DNA of 62,183 bases from Ktedonobacterales bacterium (GCA_036559055.1 DATBTW010000256.1:1-62183); one strand, 5' to 3'. Shown: positions 17,389 to 27,400, numbered from the stretch's first letter. The notes: generated by a model not told the origin, from the letters alone. Numbers and translations are program-made.

Positions 17389-18675
17389 ATGGACTTCTTC
17401 TCAGACCTCATCTCCACTGATCCAGAGATTGCGAACCTCATCAAGGCCGAGGAGCGGCGACAGTACGAGGGCATCGAGCTGATCGCCTCGGAGAACTACG
17501 TCAGCGCGGCGGTGCAGGAGGCAGTCGCCAGCGTGCTGACCAACAAGTACGCCGAGGGGCTGCCCGGCAAGCGCTACTATGGCGGCTGCGAGGTGGTCGA
17601 TCAGGTCGAGACGCTGGCCATCGAGCGCGCCAAGCAGCTCTTCGGCGCCGAGCATGCCAATGTGCAGCCGCACGCGGGCGCGCAGGCCAACGCCGCCGTC
17701 TATCTGGCGCTGCTGCAGCCCGGCGATACCGTGCTGGGCATGGCGCTCGATCAGGGCGGCCACCTCACCCACGGTTCCAAGGTCAACTTCTCTGGCAAGC
17801 TCTACCACTTCGTCTCATATGGCGTGGATCGCGAGACGGAGATGATCGACTACGACGAGGTCGAGCGGCTGGCGCACGAGCACAAGCCCAAGCTGATCGT
17901 CACCGGCTTCTCCGCCTACCCGCGCCGCCTCGACTTCGCGCGCTTCCGCCAGATCGCCGATAGCGTCGGCGCGCTGCTGATGGCCGACATCGCGCATGTG
18001 GCGGGGCTGGTCGCCGCCGACCTCTATCCCAACCCTGTCCCGCACTGCCACGTCGTCACCACCACCACCCACAAGACGCTGCGCGGCCCGCGCGGCGCCA
18101 TCATCCTCTGCACCGAGGAGCTGGGCGCCAAGATCGACAAGGGCGTCTTCCCCGGCACGCAGGGCGGCCCGCTGGAGCATGTCATCGCCGGCAAGGCCGT
18201 CGCCTTCAAAGAGGCGCTCAGCCCGGAGTTCCGCGTCTATCAGCAGCAGGTGGTGGACAACGCGCGGGCGCTGGCCAGCGCGCTCACCGAGCTGGGGCTG
18301 CGACTCGTCTCTGGCGGCACTGATAACCATCTTATGCTGGTGGATGTGCGCCCACTGAAAGTGACAGGCCGCGACGCCGAGAGCGCGCTGGAGGCCGTCC
18401 ACATCCACACCAACAAGAACGCCATCCCCTTCGATCCGGAGCCGCCCGTGCGCACGAGCGGCGTGCGCCTGGGGACGCCCGCCATCACGACGCGCGGTTT
18501 TGGCGTCGCCGAGATGCCCCAGTTAGCCCGGCTGATCCACGAGGCCATCAGCGGGCGCGAGGACGCCGCGCAGGCCGCCCACACGCGCGAGCAGGTCATC
18601 GCGCTGGCGAGCCGCTTCCCGCTGCCGGGGCTGTTCGTCTCCGGCGACCTGGGCGCGGCGCAGGTGGCGCGCTAG
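17389..18675 (+). CDS. glyA: Serine hydroxymethyltransferase
   Basis: ELIASENY, the [16 protein letters not shown]-lysine motif and GTQGGPLEH are present. An ATG lies at 17389 and an alternative GTG at 17380. Confidence 0.95.
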   Translation: MDFFSDLISTDPEIANLIKAEERRQYEGIELIASENYVSAAVQEAVASVLTNKYAEGLPGKRYYGGCEVVDQVETLAIERAKQLFGAEHANVQPHAGAQANAAVYLALLQPGDTVLGMALDQGGHLTHGSKVNFSGKLYHFVSYGVDRETEMIDYDEVERLAHEHKPKLIVTGFSAYPRRLDFARFRQIADSVGALLMADIAHVAGLVAADLYPNPVPHCHVVTTTTHKTLRGPRGAIILCTEELGAKIDKGVFPGTQGGPLEHVIAGKAVAFKEALSPEFRVYQQQVVDNARALASALTELGLRLVSGGTDNHLMLVDVRPLKVTGRDAESALEAVHIHTNKNAIPFDPEPPVRTSGVRLGTPAITTRGFGVAEMPQLARLIHEAISGREDAAQAAHTREQVIALASRFPLPGLFVSGDLGAAQVAR

Positions 18676-18748
18676 CGGCCCCCACTCCCAGCCGCTCCCC
18701 CGCTGCGCGGGCGAGGGGAGCCAGACGGCGCGCCAGGAAGGGAATGTC

Positions 18749-19165
18749 ATGCCCGCGATAGACTACACACTGCGCCCGATTGGCTACCTGCGCTCGTCGC
18801 TGACCCGGCGCGAGGATGCGCCTATGCAGGGCTTTGAGGGCGCGCCCGATGCCTGGCTCGATCTCGACGCTGCGTTCACAGACGCGCTCGCAGGCATCGC
18901 GGCGGGTGATGAACTCATCATCATTACCTGGCTGCACCAGGCGCAGCGCGACACGCTGCAAACGCATCCGCGCGGCGACCAGACGGCGCCGCTGCGCGGT
19001 GTCTTCGGCACACGCTCGCCCGACCGCCCGAATCCGCTGGGGCTGCATCGCGTCACCGTGCGCGAGGTCGCCGGTGCGCGCCTGAGGGTCGGCCCCATCG
19101 AGGCCATCGACGGCACGCCCGTCGTAGATATCAAGCCTACACTCAGGCAGGCAGCAGACTCCTAG
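18749..19165 (+). CDS. trmO: tRNA (t6A37-N6)-methyltransferase TrmO / TsaA family
   Basis: IGYLRS...REDAPMQG...GVFGTRSPDRPNPLGLH.V....IDGTPVVDIKP is the TsaA-like (YaeB) fold signature. Confidence 0.8.
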   Translation: MPAIDYTLRPIGYLRSSLTRREDAPMQGFEGAPDAWLDLDAAFTDALAGIAAGDELIIITWLHQAQRDTLQTHPRGDQTAPLRGVFGTRSPDRPNPLGLHRVTVREVAGARLRVGPIEAIDGTPVVDIKPTLRQAADS

Positions 19166-19219
19166 GGCGCAAGCTCGCCCTCTGGGAGAGAGGCAGAATG
19201 AAGGTCTGGTCCTCTTCTT

Positions 19220-19248
19220 TTGACAGCGAGTGCCCGGCGGGGTACACT
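19220..19248 (+). promoter_or_regulatory. Sigma-70-like promoter upstream of the DEAD-box helicase
   Basis: TTGACA (19220-19225), a 17-nt spacer and TACACT (19243-19248). It would give a leader of about 260 nt before the ATG at 19511. Confidence 0.45.
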
Positions 19249-19510
19249 ATACGTATTAGATGACGCGCGGACTTCTGAACACTGACGTTTCTTCCCCGCG
19301 ATAGTCCTCTGCTTCCGTCTTCCTCACTCGGCCTCGTGCATGGGTTCGCTACGTCCGATGACGTCAGGAACCCCTGGGTGTGACGCTTGTCCGATCGGTG
19401 TGGTGACGAGAACCTGGCAAGCCTTTGCGCAGGGCGCAACAAGACGCACATTGTCGAATCGCGTCTTTCCGCTTGCCCGACACAACGAACACGATCGACA
19501 AGGATTACGC

Positions 19511-21412
19511 ATGACCACCGAGACCCTCGAACCGTCTATGGCGCTGCCTACCGCGCAGCCGACCGAGACGCCAACCGACTCGACTACTTCAACCATTGCG
19601 CCCACCAGCGCCGACGCCGTGACCTCGTTCGCCGAGCTGGGCGCACATCCTCGCGCCGTCGCGCGGCTGGCGGAGTTGGGCATCACGACGCCCACGCTGA
19701 TCCAGGCGCGCAGCATCCCGCCGCTGCTGGCGGGGCGCGATGTCGTTGGCCAGTCGCGCACTGGCTCCGGCAAGACCATTGCCTATGGCCTGCCGCTGAT
19801 CGAGCGCATCGATCCGCGTCTGCGCCGCTTGCAGGCGCTGGTACTCGTGCCGACGCGCGAGCTGGCCAGCCAGGTGGCGGGCGTGCTCTTCTCGCTCGGC
19901 GGTGGCCGTGGCCTGCGCGTGGCTCAGCTCATCGGCGGGCGCTCCTATCTGCCGCAGCGCGAGGCCCTGCGCATGGGCGCGCAGATCGCCGTGGGCGCGC
20001 CGGGCCGCGTGCTCGACCACCTGCGCCAGGGCACGCTCGACCTGAGCCAGGTCACCTTCGCCGTACTCGATGAGGCCGACCAGATGCTCGACGCGGGCTT
20101 CGCGCCCGATGTGGAGCGGCTGCTCGCCGCCATGCCGGAGCAGCGCCAACTGGCGCTCTTCACCGCGACTTTGCCAGAGATGACCACCCAGATCGCCCGC
20201 CGCTACCTGCATGAGCCGATCACGGTGGACGCCGGGACGCCGGAGAGCCGCCCTGCGCCGACTGTCACGCAGATCGCCTATACCGTTCCGCGCGAACATC
20301 GCCTGAACGCGCTGATGACCCTGCTCGACCGCCGCCGTGAGGCGACTGGCACGACGCTGGTCTTTGGCCGCACCAAGCACGGCGTGGACAAGCTGGCGCG
20401 TCAGCTCGTGGCGCGCGGCTATCCGGTGGCGGCACTGCACGGCAACATGAGCCAGAACGCCCGCGACCGCGTCATCGGCGATTTCCGCAGCGGCAGAGCG
20501 CCGACCCTGGTGGCGACCAATGTGGCGGCGCGCGGGCTGGATGTGCTCTCCATCGAGCAGGTCATCAACTACGAGCTGCCCGAGTCGGCGGACCTCTTCA
20601 CCCATCGCGTGGGCCGCACTGGCCGCATGGACAACAGCGGCGAGGCCATCACGCTGCTGATCCCCGACGACATGGCGCAGTGGCGGCGCTTCCAGCGCGA
20701 CCTGGCGATGAAGGTCAAGCCGACGCCGTTCCCGCTGGACGAGCTGGTCATCCCTACGACTCCTGCGGCAGCGCCCATCCAGACGCCAGAGCGGATCGGG
20801 CAGACGCCTGAGACGCCAGTCGCAGAAGCTGACGCAGCCGACGAGCGTCGCCCCGCGCCACGCGCCTTCGAGCGCAGTGATCGTGGCGATGATCGTGGCG
20901 ATGATCGTGGCGGCCAGCGCCGCTGGGAAGATCGCCCGCAGCGCCGCTTCGAGGGGCGCGGCTACGCTGGCGCGCGCAGCCATTCGCGCAGCCACGAGCG
21001 AGGGTTCGAGCGCGGCCATGAGCACGGCGACTACGAGCGCGGCGCTGACCGTAGTTATGACCGCGATGACACTCGCCCGGCCCGCCGCGAGGATGCCGTG
21101 TCGCGCTGGACGCGCCCGGCCATCGAGAGCGAGCGCCGCGACGACTACCGCCGCGATGCCCGCGCGCCGCGCTACGAAGATCGCCATGAGCCGCGTCGCG
21201 AGCGCCGCTCTGACGATCCCCGCGAGCGTGCCTACGATGCTCGCGAAGAGCGCTCCGAGCCGCGTCGCCAGCCCCGCCGCGCTGATCGCCCCGGCGACCG
21301 CTTCCAGGCCGAGCGTGGTGAGCGCGCACCGCGCCGTGCCGTCGGCCCGCGCTCCGGCCCGCCCGCCGGCCGCGCGCCGCGCCCGCGCAGCCATCGCCCC
21401 ACGCGCGGGTAA
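19511..21412 (+). CDS. DEAD-box ATP-dependent RNA helicase with a low-complexity Arg/Asp/Glu-rich C-terminal tail
   Basis: It has a Q-motif region, GSGKT, DEAD (VLDEADQM), SAT-like TAT, and HRVGRTGR. The tail from about residue 450 is R/D/E-rich and includes a DRGDDRGDDRGG repeat. Confidence 0.9.
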   Translation: MTTETLEPSMALPTAQPTETPTDSTTSTIAPTSADAVTSFAELGAHPRAVARLAELGITTPTLIQARSIPPLLAGRDVVGQSRTGSGKTIAYGLPLIERIDPRLRRLQALVLVPTRELASQVAGVLFSLGGGRGLRVAQLIGGRSYLPQREALRMGAQIAVGAPGRVLDHLRQGTLDLSQVTFAVLDEADQMLDAGFAPDVERLLAAMPEQRQLALFTATLPEMTTQIARRYLHEPITVDAGTPESRPAPTVTQIAYTVPREHRLNALMTLLDRRREATGTTLVFGRTKHGVDKLARQLVARGYPVAALHGNMSQNARDRVIGDFRSGRAPTLVATNVAARGLDVLSIEQVINYELPESADLFTHRVGRTGRMDNSGEAITLLIPDDMAQWRRFQRDLAMKVKPTPFPLDELVIPTTPAAAPIQTPERIGQTPETPVAEADAADERRPAPRAFERSDRGDDRGDDRGGQRRWEDRPQRRFEGRGYAGARSHSRSHERGFERGHEHGDYERGADRSYDRDDTRPARREDAVSRWTRPAIESERRDDYRRDARAPRYEDRHEPRRERRSDDPRERAYDAREERSEPRRQPRRADRPGDRFQAERGERAPRRAVGPRSGPPAGRAPRPRSHRPTRG

Positions 21413-21435
21413 TCGCGCCCATCCCGTGCCATTCC

Positions 21436-21480
21436 GACGCCCCGCTCCGCAACATAGTGGAGCGGGGCGTCTTGTCTCTG
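21436..21480 (+). terminator. Rho-independent-like terminator after the helicase gene
   Basis: A perfect 13-bp stem (gacgccccgctcc / ggagcggggcgtc) with a 10-nt loop, followed by ttgtctctg. Confidence 0.6.
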
Positions 21481-21799
21481 CGTACGCCGTCGTGTACGAT
21501 GTCAGGACACACAAGAGCAGCCCGCGTCACCTCGTCGTCGGGTCGCTCTGGCTCCTTCACAACCTGACACACTGATGGTCATCCGTAGGTAGCTGAGGTA
21601 CGAGCGCCCAGAAGACGAGGGCGCCGCGCGTACCTCAGCGTTCTGTGGTTCATCCCGCGACCCACGCTGATTCTGTGGGCCTACCAGGAAGCCAGCCCAT
21701 GCTGGACATTGCTCCGGTTCGAGATAGCGCGTGGCAGTGGCGCCGCGCGCATATCGCCGCCCCAATTGTCGCCGTCGCGCGGCAGAAAGTGAGCCTGGT

Positions 21800-23848
21800 A
21801 TGAGAGTCTTCAATGCAGACAGCATCCGGAATGTCGCCGTCATCGCACATGGCGGGTCCGGCAAAACCTCGCTCGTAGACGCGGCACTCTACGACGCAGG
21901 CGCCGTCACCCGCCAGGGCAGAGTAGACGATGGCTCATCGGTCTCCGACACGGACCCCGATGAGCAGAAGCGCCGCATGTCCATCAACCTCACCGTCCTG
22001 CCGCTGGAGTGGCGCGAGTCGAAGGTCACCTTCCTCGATACCCCTGGCACAGCGGACTTTGTAGGCGAGGTGATGGCGGGCCTGCGCGTCGCGGATGCGG
22101 CGCTGCTGGTGGTCTCCGCCGAGAAAGGCGTCGAGGTCGGCACGCAGCTGGCCTGGGATCACGCCGACGAGTACCAGCTTCCCCGGCTCATCTTCATCAA
22201 CAAGCTCGACCGCGAGAACACGAACTACGACCACGCGCTCGATTCCCTGCGCGAGCGCTTCGGCTCCAAGGTCGCCCCGCTGACCATCCCCATCGGCCAG
22301 GCAGGCGCGTTTACTGGCGTGGTAGACATCATCTCTGGCAAGGCCTACGGCTTCGACGCCGACAAGGTGGTCGAGCGCGAGATTCCCGGCGACGTGCGCG
22401 AGCAGATGACCCGCTATCGCGATGCGCTGGTTGAGGCGGCGTGCGAGGCCGACGACGACCTGATGACCAAGTATCTGGAAGGCGGCGAGATCAGCGAGGA
22501 TGAGCTGCGCCACGCCGTGCGCCTGGCGGTGGCTGGCGGCCTGCTGGCCCCCGCGCTGGCGGGCTGCGCCGCCAGGAACATCGGTGTGCAGAACCTGCTC
22601 GACGCCATCGTCGATTACCTGCCCTCGGCGGCTGAGCGCCCCGGCGTCTCGCCCGATGGCCAGCCCTGCGCCTTCGTCTTCAAGACGATGGTCGATCCGC
22701 AGAAGGGCACCTACAGCTTCCTGCGCGTCTACAGCGGCTCCCTCAAATCCGACGCGCACGCCTTCAATGTGGATACCGCGACCGATGAGCGCCTGGGCCA
22801 GCTCTTGCAGGTGCGCGGCAAGTCGCAGGAGCAGATTCTCGAAGCCCCCGCCGGAGACATCTGCGCGGTGGTGAAGCTGAGCAAGACCCACACCGGCAAC
22901 ACCCTCGGCGCGAAGGATTGCGAGAAGCGCGACGTCATCCACCTGCCAGAGCCGCTTTTTACAGCGGCGGTTCACCCCAAAACGCAGAGCGACCTCGACA
23001 AGATGAGCGTGGCCCTCACCCGCATGGTGGAGGAAGACCCCACCTTGCATGTCGCGCGCGACCCGGAGACGGCGGAGACGCTGGTATCGGGCATGGGTGA
23101 GTCGCATGTGGAGATTGCGCTGGAGCGCGTGCAGCGCCGCTTTGGTGTCGAGGTGACGCGCCGCGACCGCCATGTGCCATACCGCGAGACCATCAAGAAG
23201 AAGGCGCGCGCGGAGGGTCGCCACAAGAAGCAGACCGGCGGGCATGGGCAATTCGGCGATGTCTGGCTGGAGATCGAGCCGCTGACGGGCGACGAGCGCG
23301 ACTTCGTCTTCGAGAATCGCAGTGTCGGCGGCGTAGTACCGAGAGAATACGTGCCGGGTGTCGAGAAGGGCGTCAACGAGTCGCTGCGCGAGGGATTCCT
23401 GGCGGGCTACCCGATGACGCATGTGCGCGTCTGCCTGGTGGATGGCAAATACCACGATGTCGATTCATCGTCGCAGGCGTTCGAGATCGCGGCGCGGCTG
23501 GGCATGAAGGAGGCGGTGGCGCTGGCCGCCCCGACGCTGCTGGAGCCGATCATGCAGGTGACGATTCTCGCGCCCGATGAGCACATGGGCGACATCACCT
23601 CTGATCTGAACACCAAGCGGGCGCGCATCCTGGGCATGGAGCCGGGCGAGCATGGCATGCAGCGCATCATGGCGCATGTGCCGATGGCCGAGATGCTACA
23701 CTACGCCACCGATCTGCGCTCCATCACCCAGGGGCGTGGTTCCTTCACGATGGAGATCTCCAGCTACGAGGAGGTACCCACCAACGTGCAGCAGGGCATC
23801 ATCGACGCCCACAAGAAAGAGGTCGCTGAGAAGCAGGCGGCGCACTGA
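21800..23848 (+). CDS. Elongation factor G paralogue (EF-G2-like)
   Basis: ATG at 21800. It shows EF-G five-domain collinearity, with G1 AHGGSGKTS, G3 DTPGTADF and G4 NKLD. It is not in a str-operon context. Confidence 0.85.
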   Translation: MRVFNADSIRNVAVIAHGGSGKTSLVDAALYDAGAVTRQGRVDDGSSVSDTDPDEQKRRMSINLTVLPLEWRESKVTFLDTPGTADFVGEVMAGLRVADAALLVVSAEKGVEVGTQLAWDHADEYQLPRLIFINKLDRENTNYDHALDSLRERFGSKVAPLTIPIGQAGAFTGVVDIISGKAYGFDADKVVEREIPGDVREQMTRYRDALVEAACEADDDLMTKYLEGGEISEDELRHAVRLAVAGGLLAPALAGCAARNIGVQNLLDAIVDYLPSAAERPGVSPDGQPCAFVFKTMVDPQKGTYSFLRVYSGSLKSDAHAFNVDTATDERLGQLLQVRGKSQEQILEAPAGDICAVVKLSKTHTGNTLGAKDCEKRDVIHLPEPLFTAAVHPKTQSDLDKMSVALTRMVEEDPTLHVARDPETAETLVSGMGESHVEIALERVQRRFGVEVTRRDRHVPYRETIKKKARAEGRHKKQTGGHGQFGDVWLEIEPLTGDERDFVFENRSVGGVVPREYVPGVEKGVNESLREGFLAGYPMTHVRVCLVDGKYHDVDSSSQAFEIAARLGMKEAVALAAPTLLEPIMQVTILAPDEHMGDITSDLNTKRARILGMEPGEHGMQRIMAHVPMAEMLHYATDLRSITQGRGSFTMEISSYEEVPTNVQQGIIDAHKKEVAEKQAAH

Positions 23849-23868
23849 GCGGCGCCTTTCGCGCAAGA

Positions 23869-23902
23869 CAGAGGGCAAGCTGGCGAACCAGCCTGCCCTC
23901 TG
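23869..23902. terminator. Bidirectional terminator-like hairpin between convergent genes
   Basis: cagagggcaagctgg - cgaa - ccagcctgccctctg. It lies between the EF-G paralogue stop (23848) and the VOC gene stop (23925). Confidence 0.55.
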
Positions 23903-23924
23903 CCTGTGTGTCGCGATCTGGCCG

Positions 23925-24314
23925 CTAATACGAGGTCGCGGCGACCTTCCAGAGGAAGCCATCCGGGTCGGCGAAGTAGCCGAAGTAGCCCCAGCCCGTC
24001 TTGGCGGCGGGCTTCACGACCTCCGCGCCCGCCGTGACGGCCTTGCCCATCACCTCGTCCACCTCGGCGCTCGTCGCCACGGTATAGTGGAACGATACTC
24101 CACGGAAGCCGGAGCCTTCGGCGGAGACGCCCGCATCCGCCGCCGCCGCCTCGCGCTGGTAGAGCGCCAGCGACGACGAGCCATCGCCCAGGGTGATTTC
24201 GACGAAGTGCGGATAGTCTTTCGCGACCGTGCAGCCCAGTCCCTCGCTATAGAACTGCTTCGCGCGGTTGAGGTCCTCGACGCCGAGCATGATGGTGGAG
24301 ACTGCGAGTGACAT
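23925..24314 (-). CDS. VOC (glyoxalase/bleomycin-resistance) family protein
   Basis: 129 aa. IMLGVEDLNRAKQFYSEGLG...GYFADPDGFLWKV is the typical VOC pattern. Confidence 0.85.
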   Translation of the reverse strand: MSLAVSTIMLGVEDLNRAKQFYSEGLGCTVAKDYPHFVEITLGDGSSSLALYQREAAAADAGVSAEGSGFRGVSFHYTVATSAEVDEVMGKAVTAGAEVVKPAAKTGWGYFGYFADPDGFLWKVAATSY

Positions 24315-24601
24315 GATGGTTGCCCTTTCCTTTTGCGCTTTTCATGGCGCCAGTTTGCGCCTCTACTACCCTGACGTAACGCACCGACGAAATGTGACCG
24401 GCGCGTGTGACGACCCCGCGAACCCTGCGCGTCGGTGGCGCCATCCGCTGGCGAGGGGCAGGGGAGGGGGCTTCTGGGCAAACAGGCGCCAAGCCGCTAT
24501 ACTGGGGCGCAGGGAGAACCACCCTGGCGGGTCGCCTCGCGCCCGTGCCTGTGTGCTGACGGGCGATGGATGGCGACGACCACGACGGATGAGGAGCGCC
24601 G

Positions 24602-25450
24602 ATGCTGCCACCAGAGCGAACCGGCAGGCCGCCAAAGGCCCGCCCACTGCCCTCCGCGCCCACTGACGGCGCGGATCCGGACGCGCCACGACCCCGCCTC
24701 GATACCTCCTTGCGCGTGGAGAACATCCTGCTCAAGGAGTTCGATTACGCCGGGCTGGCCGCTTATCAAGTCTATGAGAATCGCGAGCGCATCTTCAACT
24801 TCTACTTCACCATCATGGGCGCGATGCTTTCCGCGCTGGGCGCGGTCTACCAGCTCAGCAACAACACCAAGAACGACCTGCGCCCGCTGGCCGTTGGCCT
24901 CTTGATCGCGGGCGGTCTGCTCAGCGCGATCTTCTTCGTGCGGCTGATCCACCTGCGCCAGTCGCTGCGCGATAGCATCATCACCACCTACGTCATCAAA
25001 GAGTTCTATATCCAGCAATTCATGGACGACATTCCGAACATCGAGCAGGCGTTTCGCTGGCGGCTGGCCACCATCCCATCGGGTGAGCGGCCCAGCAGCG
25101 ATACCTCGTTCGTGCTCTATCCTATCGCCGTGCTGGGCTGCATGGCGTTCGGCGTGGCTGCGCTGATTGGCGACCAGGTGCGGCTGGCGACTGGCGGCGC
25201 CACACTGCTGAGCAGTGTCAGCCCCACGCAGGAGCCGTGGGCGTTGGGCGCGCTGGCCATCGCGCTCGTGGCGCTCTTCGAGTGGGTGTTCTACCATGCC
25301 AATATCAGCGCGCAGAGCGAGCTGAAGAGTCTGGAGCAGCAGGCCGGGCGGCTGGGCATCACCCTGGGCGAGGCCAATCAGCGCCAGAGCAAGACCCTGC
25401 TGGAGCGCGTGCTACCCTGGAATCAGCAGCCGCAGGACGATCTGCGCTGA
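24602..25450 (+). CDS. Hypothetical integral membrane protein (about 4 TM)
   Basis: GAGGAG lies 6 nt upstream of the ATG. It has the hydrophobic helices FYFTIMGAMLSALGAVY, LAVGLLIAGGLLSAIFFV, FVLYPIAVLGCMAFGVAALI and ALGALAIALVALFEWVF. I recognise no family. Confidence 0.55.
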   Translation: MLPPERTGRPPKARPLPSAPTDGADPDAPRPRLDTSLRVENILLKEFDYAGLAAYQVYENRERIFNFYFTIMGAMLSALGAVYQLSNNTKNDLRPLAVGLLIAGGLLSAIFFVRLIHLRQSLRDSIITTYVIKEFYIQQFMDDIPNIEQAFRWRLATIPSGERPSSDTSFVLYPIAVLGCMAFGVAALIGDQVRLATGGATLLSSVSPTQEPWALGALAIALVALFEWVFYHANISAQSELKSLEQQAGRLGITLGEANQRQSKTLLERVLPWNQQPQDDLR

Positions 25451-26871
25451 TCGTCAGCCGCCATGAACGCGCTGCCCGCGCTGGCTCCCCCCCCCCGCAA
25501 AGCGGGGAAAGGGCTTCGGGTGGGGGGCGCGGCGCCCAGCAGCCCGATGTAGCTATCCGCGGTGCGCCAGTAGCGCGCGCCCGCCGCGCCATCGAACGCG
25601 GCGATATATTGCGTGTTGTGGCAGAGCGAGATGCCTGGCGGGAACCACTGGCCGCAGATACTGATACTGCGGTAATTCGAGATGGTGGTGGCGGCGAAGA
25701 CCACGCCGTCGTCGCTTTGGAGCGTAGTGTAGCCCAGGTCGGCATCCTCGGGCTGGCCGCGCCAGACCAACGCGCCATCGCTGACGCGCAGCGCAGTCAG
25801 CAGCGTCGAATCCAGCATGTAGAGATCGGCGCCGGATTCGACAGGCGTGGAGAAGGCGCACGAGCTGTCGTGGCTCCAGCGGGCGGCGCCCGTCTGTGGA
25901 TCGAGCGCCAGGAGTGCGCGCAGGTGGCTCGCGGGGTCGAGGGCGCAGGCATACAGGGAGCTTCTCGTCAGCGTCACCTGTTGCTCGAAATAGGCGCCTG
26001 GCGACCCTGGAAGCTGCCGCCCCCAGAGGGTCGCGCCGTCGCTCTGGCGCAGGCTGACCACCTCGCCGGTCGTGTCGTAGGCGATCAGCGTCGCGCCGCG
26101 CGCCACCACGCCGAGCGATGGGGGGGTCTGCTGAAAGGTGTTGGTGGGGGTGATGCGCGCACTCCACGCCGCGCCGCCATCGCCGAGGCGCAGGGCGCGC
26201 ACGACGCCATCCTGTGAGCCGAGGAAGAGCAACCCCGCGCCAGTGGCCAGCGCATCGAAGCCACTATAGGCGGGTGGATTGGGGATGGCGACGCGCCAGG
26301 CCAGCGTATGCGAGAAGCGGTCGATGGCGCGCAACTCGTAGGCTGGCGGGGCCGTGCCGGTTCTGACCAGCGCGATCACCACGCCGCCTGCCACTAGCAG
26401 TTGCGACGGCGTCTGTTGCCCCGGCAGCGCCATGCGCCAGAGCGACGCGCCATCGCTCAGCCGCAGCGCCAGCAGCGACGCCTGCGACTGATTGGGCTGG
26501 GCGAATCCCACCAGATAGACGGCGTTATCGGCGACCGTCCCGGAGACGAGATAGAGGCCCAGCGGGCGCCGCCAGAGGGTCGAGCCATCGTGGCCGCTCA
26601 GCCCGGTGACGGTGTCCAGATTCGCGCTATCGGCAGAGAGCGCGACCAGCGTGGCATGGCTGGGGCTGGCCTGCTGCGAGAGCGCCGTGCGGATGGCGCC
26701 GAGCTGTGTCGCGCCGCACGCCAGGATCAGCAGCAGCGCCAGGCACGCGCTCAGGATGACGCGCCCTCGTCGCCCCAGCCGCCGGAAGACGCCCGCCAGC
26801 CCCAGCAGCGCTACCGCCAGGCAGCCGACGCCCCCCGCTAGCAGATCGAATAGTATGCCTGACATCGCCAT
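25423..26871 (-). CDS. Membrane-anchored PQQ-like (BamB-type) beta-propeller repeat protein
   Basis: ATG at 26871 preceded by GAGGAAGG. Two N-terminal TM segments are followed by repeated ...DG(S/A)xLW(R/S)... and AxxGxxY motifs typical of PQQ-like propellers. Confidence 0.7.
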   Translation of the reverse strand: MAMSGILFDLLAGGVGCLAVALLGLAGVFRRLGRRGRVILSACLALLLILACGATQLGAIRTALSQQASPSHATLVALSADSANLDTVTGLSGHDGSTLWRRPLGLYLVSGTVADNAVYLVGFAQPNQSQASLLALRLSDGASLWRMALPGQQTPSQLLVAGGVVIALVRTGTAPPAYELRAIDRFSHTLAWRVAIPNPPAYSGFDALATGAGLLFLGSQDGVVRALRLGDGGAAWSARITPTNTFQQTPPSLGVVARGATLIAYDTTGEVVSLRQSDGATLWGRQLPGSPGAYFEQQVTLTRSSLYACALDPASHLRALLALDPQTGAARWSHDSSCAFSTPVESGADLYMLDSTLLTALRVSDGALVWRGQPEDADLGYTTLQSDDGVVFAATTISNYRSISICGQWFPPGISLCHNTQYIAAFDGAAGARYWRTADSYIGLLGAAPPTRSPFPALRGGGASAGSAFMAADDQRRSSCGC

Positions 26872-27028
26872 CACGCGCCTTCCTCGGCGTCGCGCTAGCG
26901 CTGACACGCATGGCCATTGCCGTTCCCTCGCGCATGCGCAGCCTTCTCGCTGGAAGGTACGTCGGCGGGCGGGGAATCATCACAGCAAGGTGGATGGGCT
27001 AGCAAGCATGGTCGTGCGGCGCGCAGCC

Positions 27029-27331
27029 TCACTGACCGAGTGCCTCATCCGTCGAATAGGCGCGCAGTGACATGAACCTTGCCAGCGCGGCGGCTTCCTG
27101 CGCCGTCAGCACGATGGTTTGCTCCAGGTCGTGTAGGAAGATACGGCTGGGATGGTTGCGACTGTGCTCCAGCCGCCAGATGTAGGTGCGATCACACCCG
27201 AGTCGCTCGGCGAGGCGTTCCTGTGAGAGTCCACGGCGCATGCGCAGGCGCTTGTGAAAGGGGCCGAAGTCGCTCCAGGAAATATCCAACTCCTGAGCTG
27301 CCGAGCGTGGATCATGCGCAGATGCGTCCAT
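27029..27331 (-). CDS. XRE-family helix-turn-helix transcriptional regulator
   Basis: ATG at 27331. LRMRRGLSQERLAERLGCDRTYIWRLEHSRNHPS is a canonical Cro/C1-type HTH. Confidence 0.85.
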   Translation of the reverse strand: MDASAHDPRSAAQELDISWSDFGPFHKRLRMRRGLSQERLAERLGCDRTYIWRLEHSRNHPSRIFLHDLEQTIVLTAQEAAALARFMSLRAYSTDEALGQ

Positions 27332-27400
27332 GGTGTCCGTTCCCTCCCATCTCCGCCCGCGTGTCGGGGGGAGGGGGCGAGCGGATGTGCTTCCTCGTAT

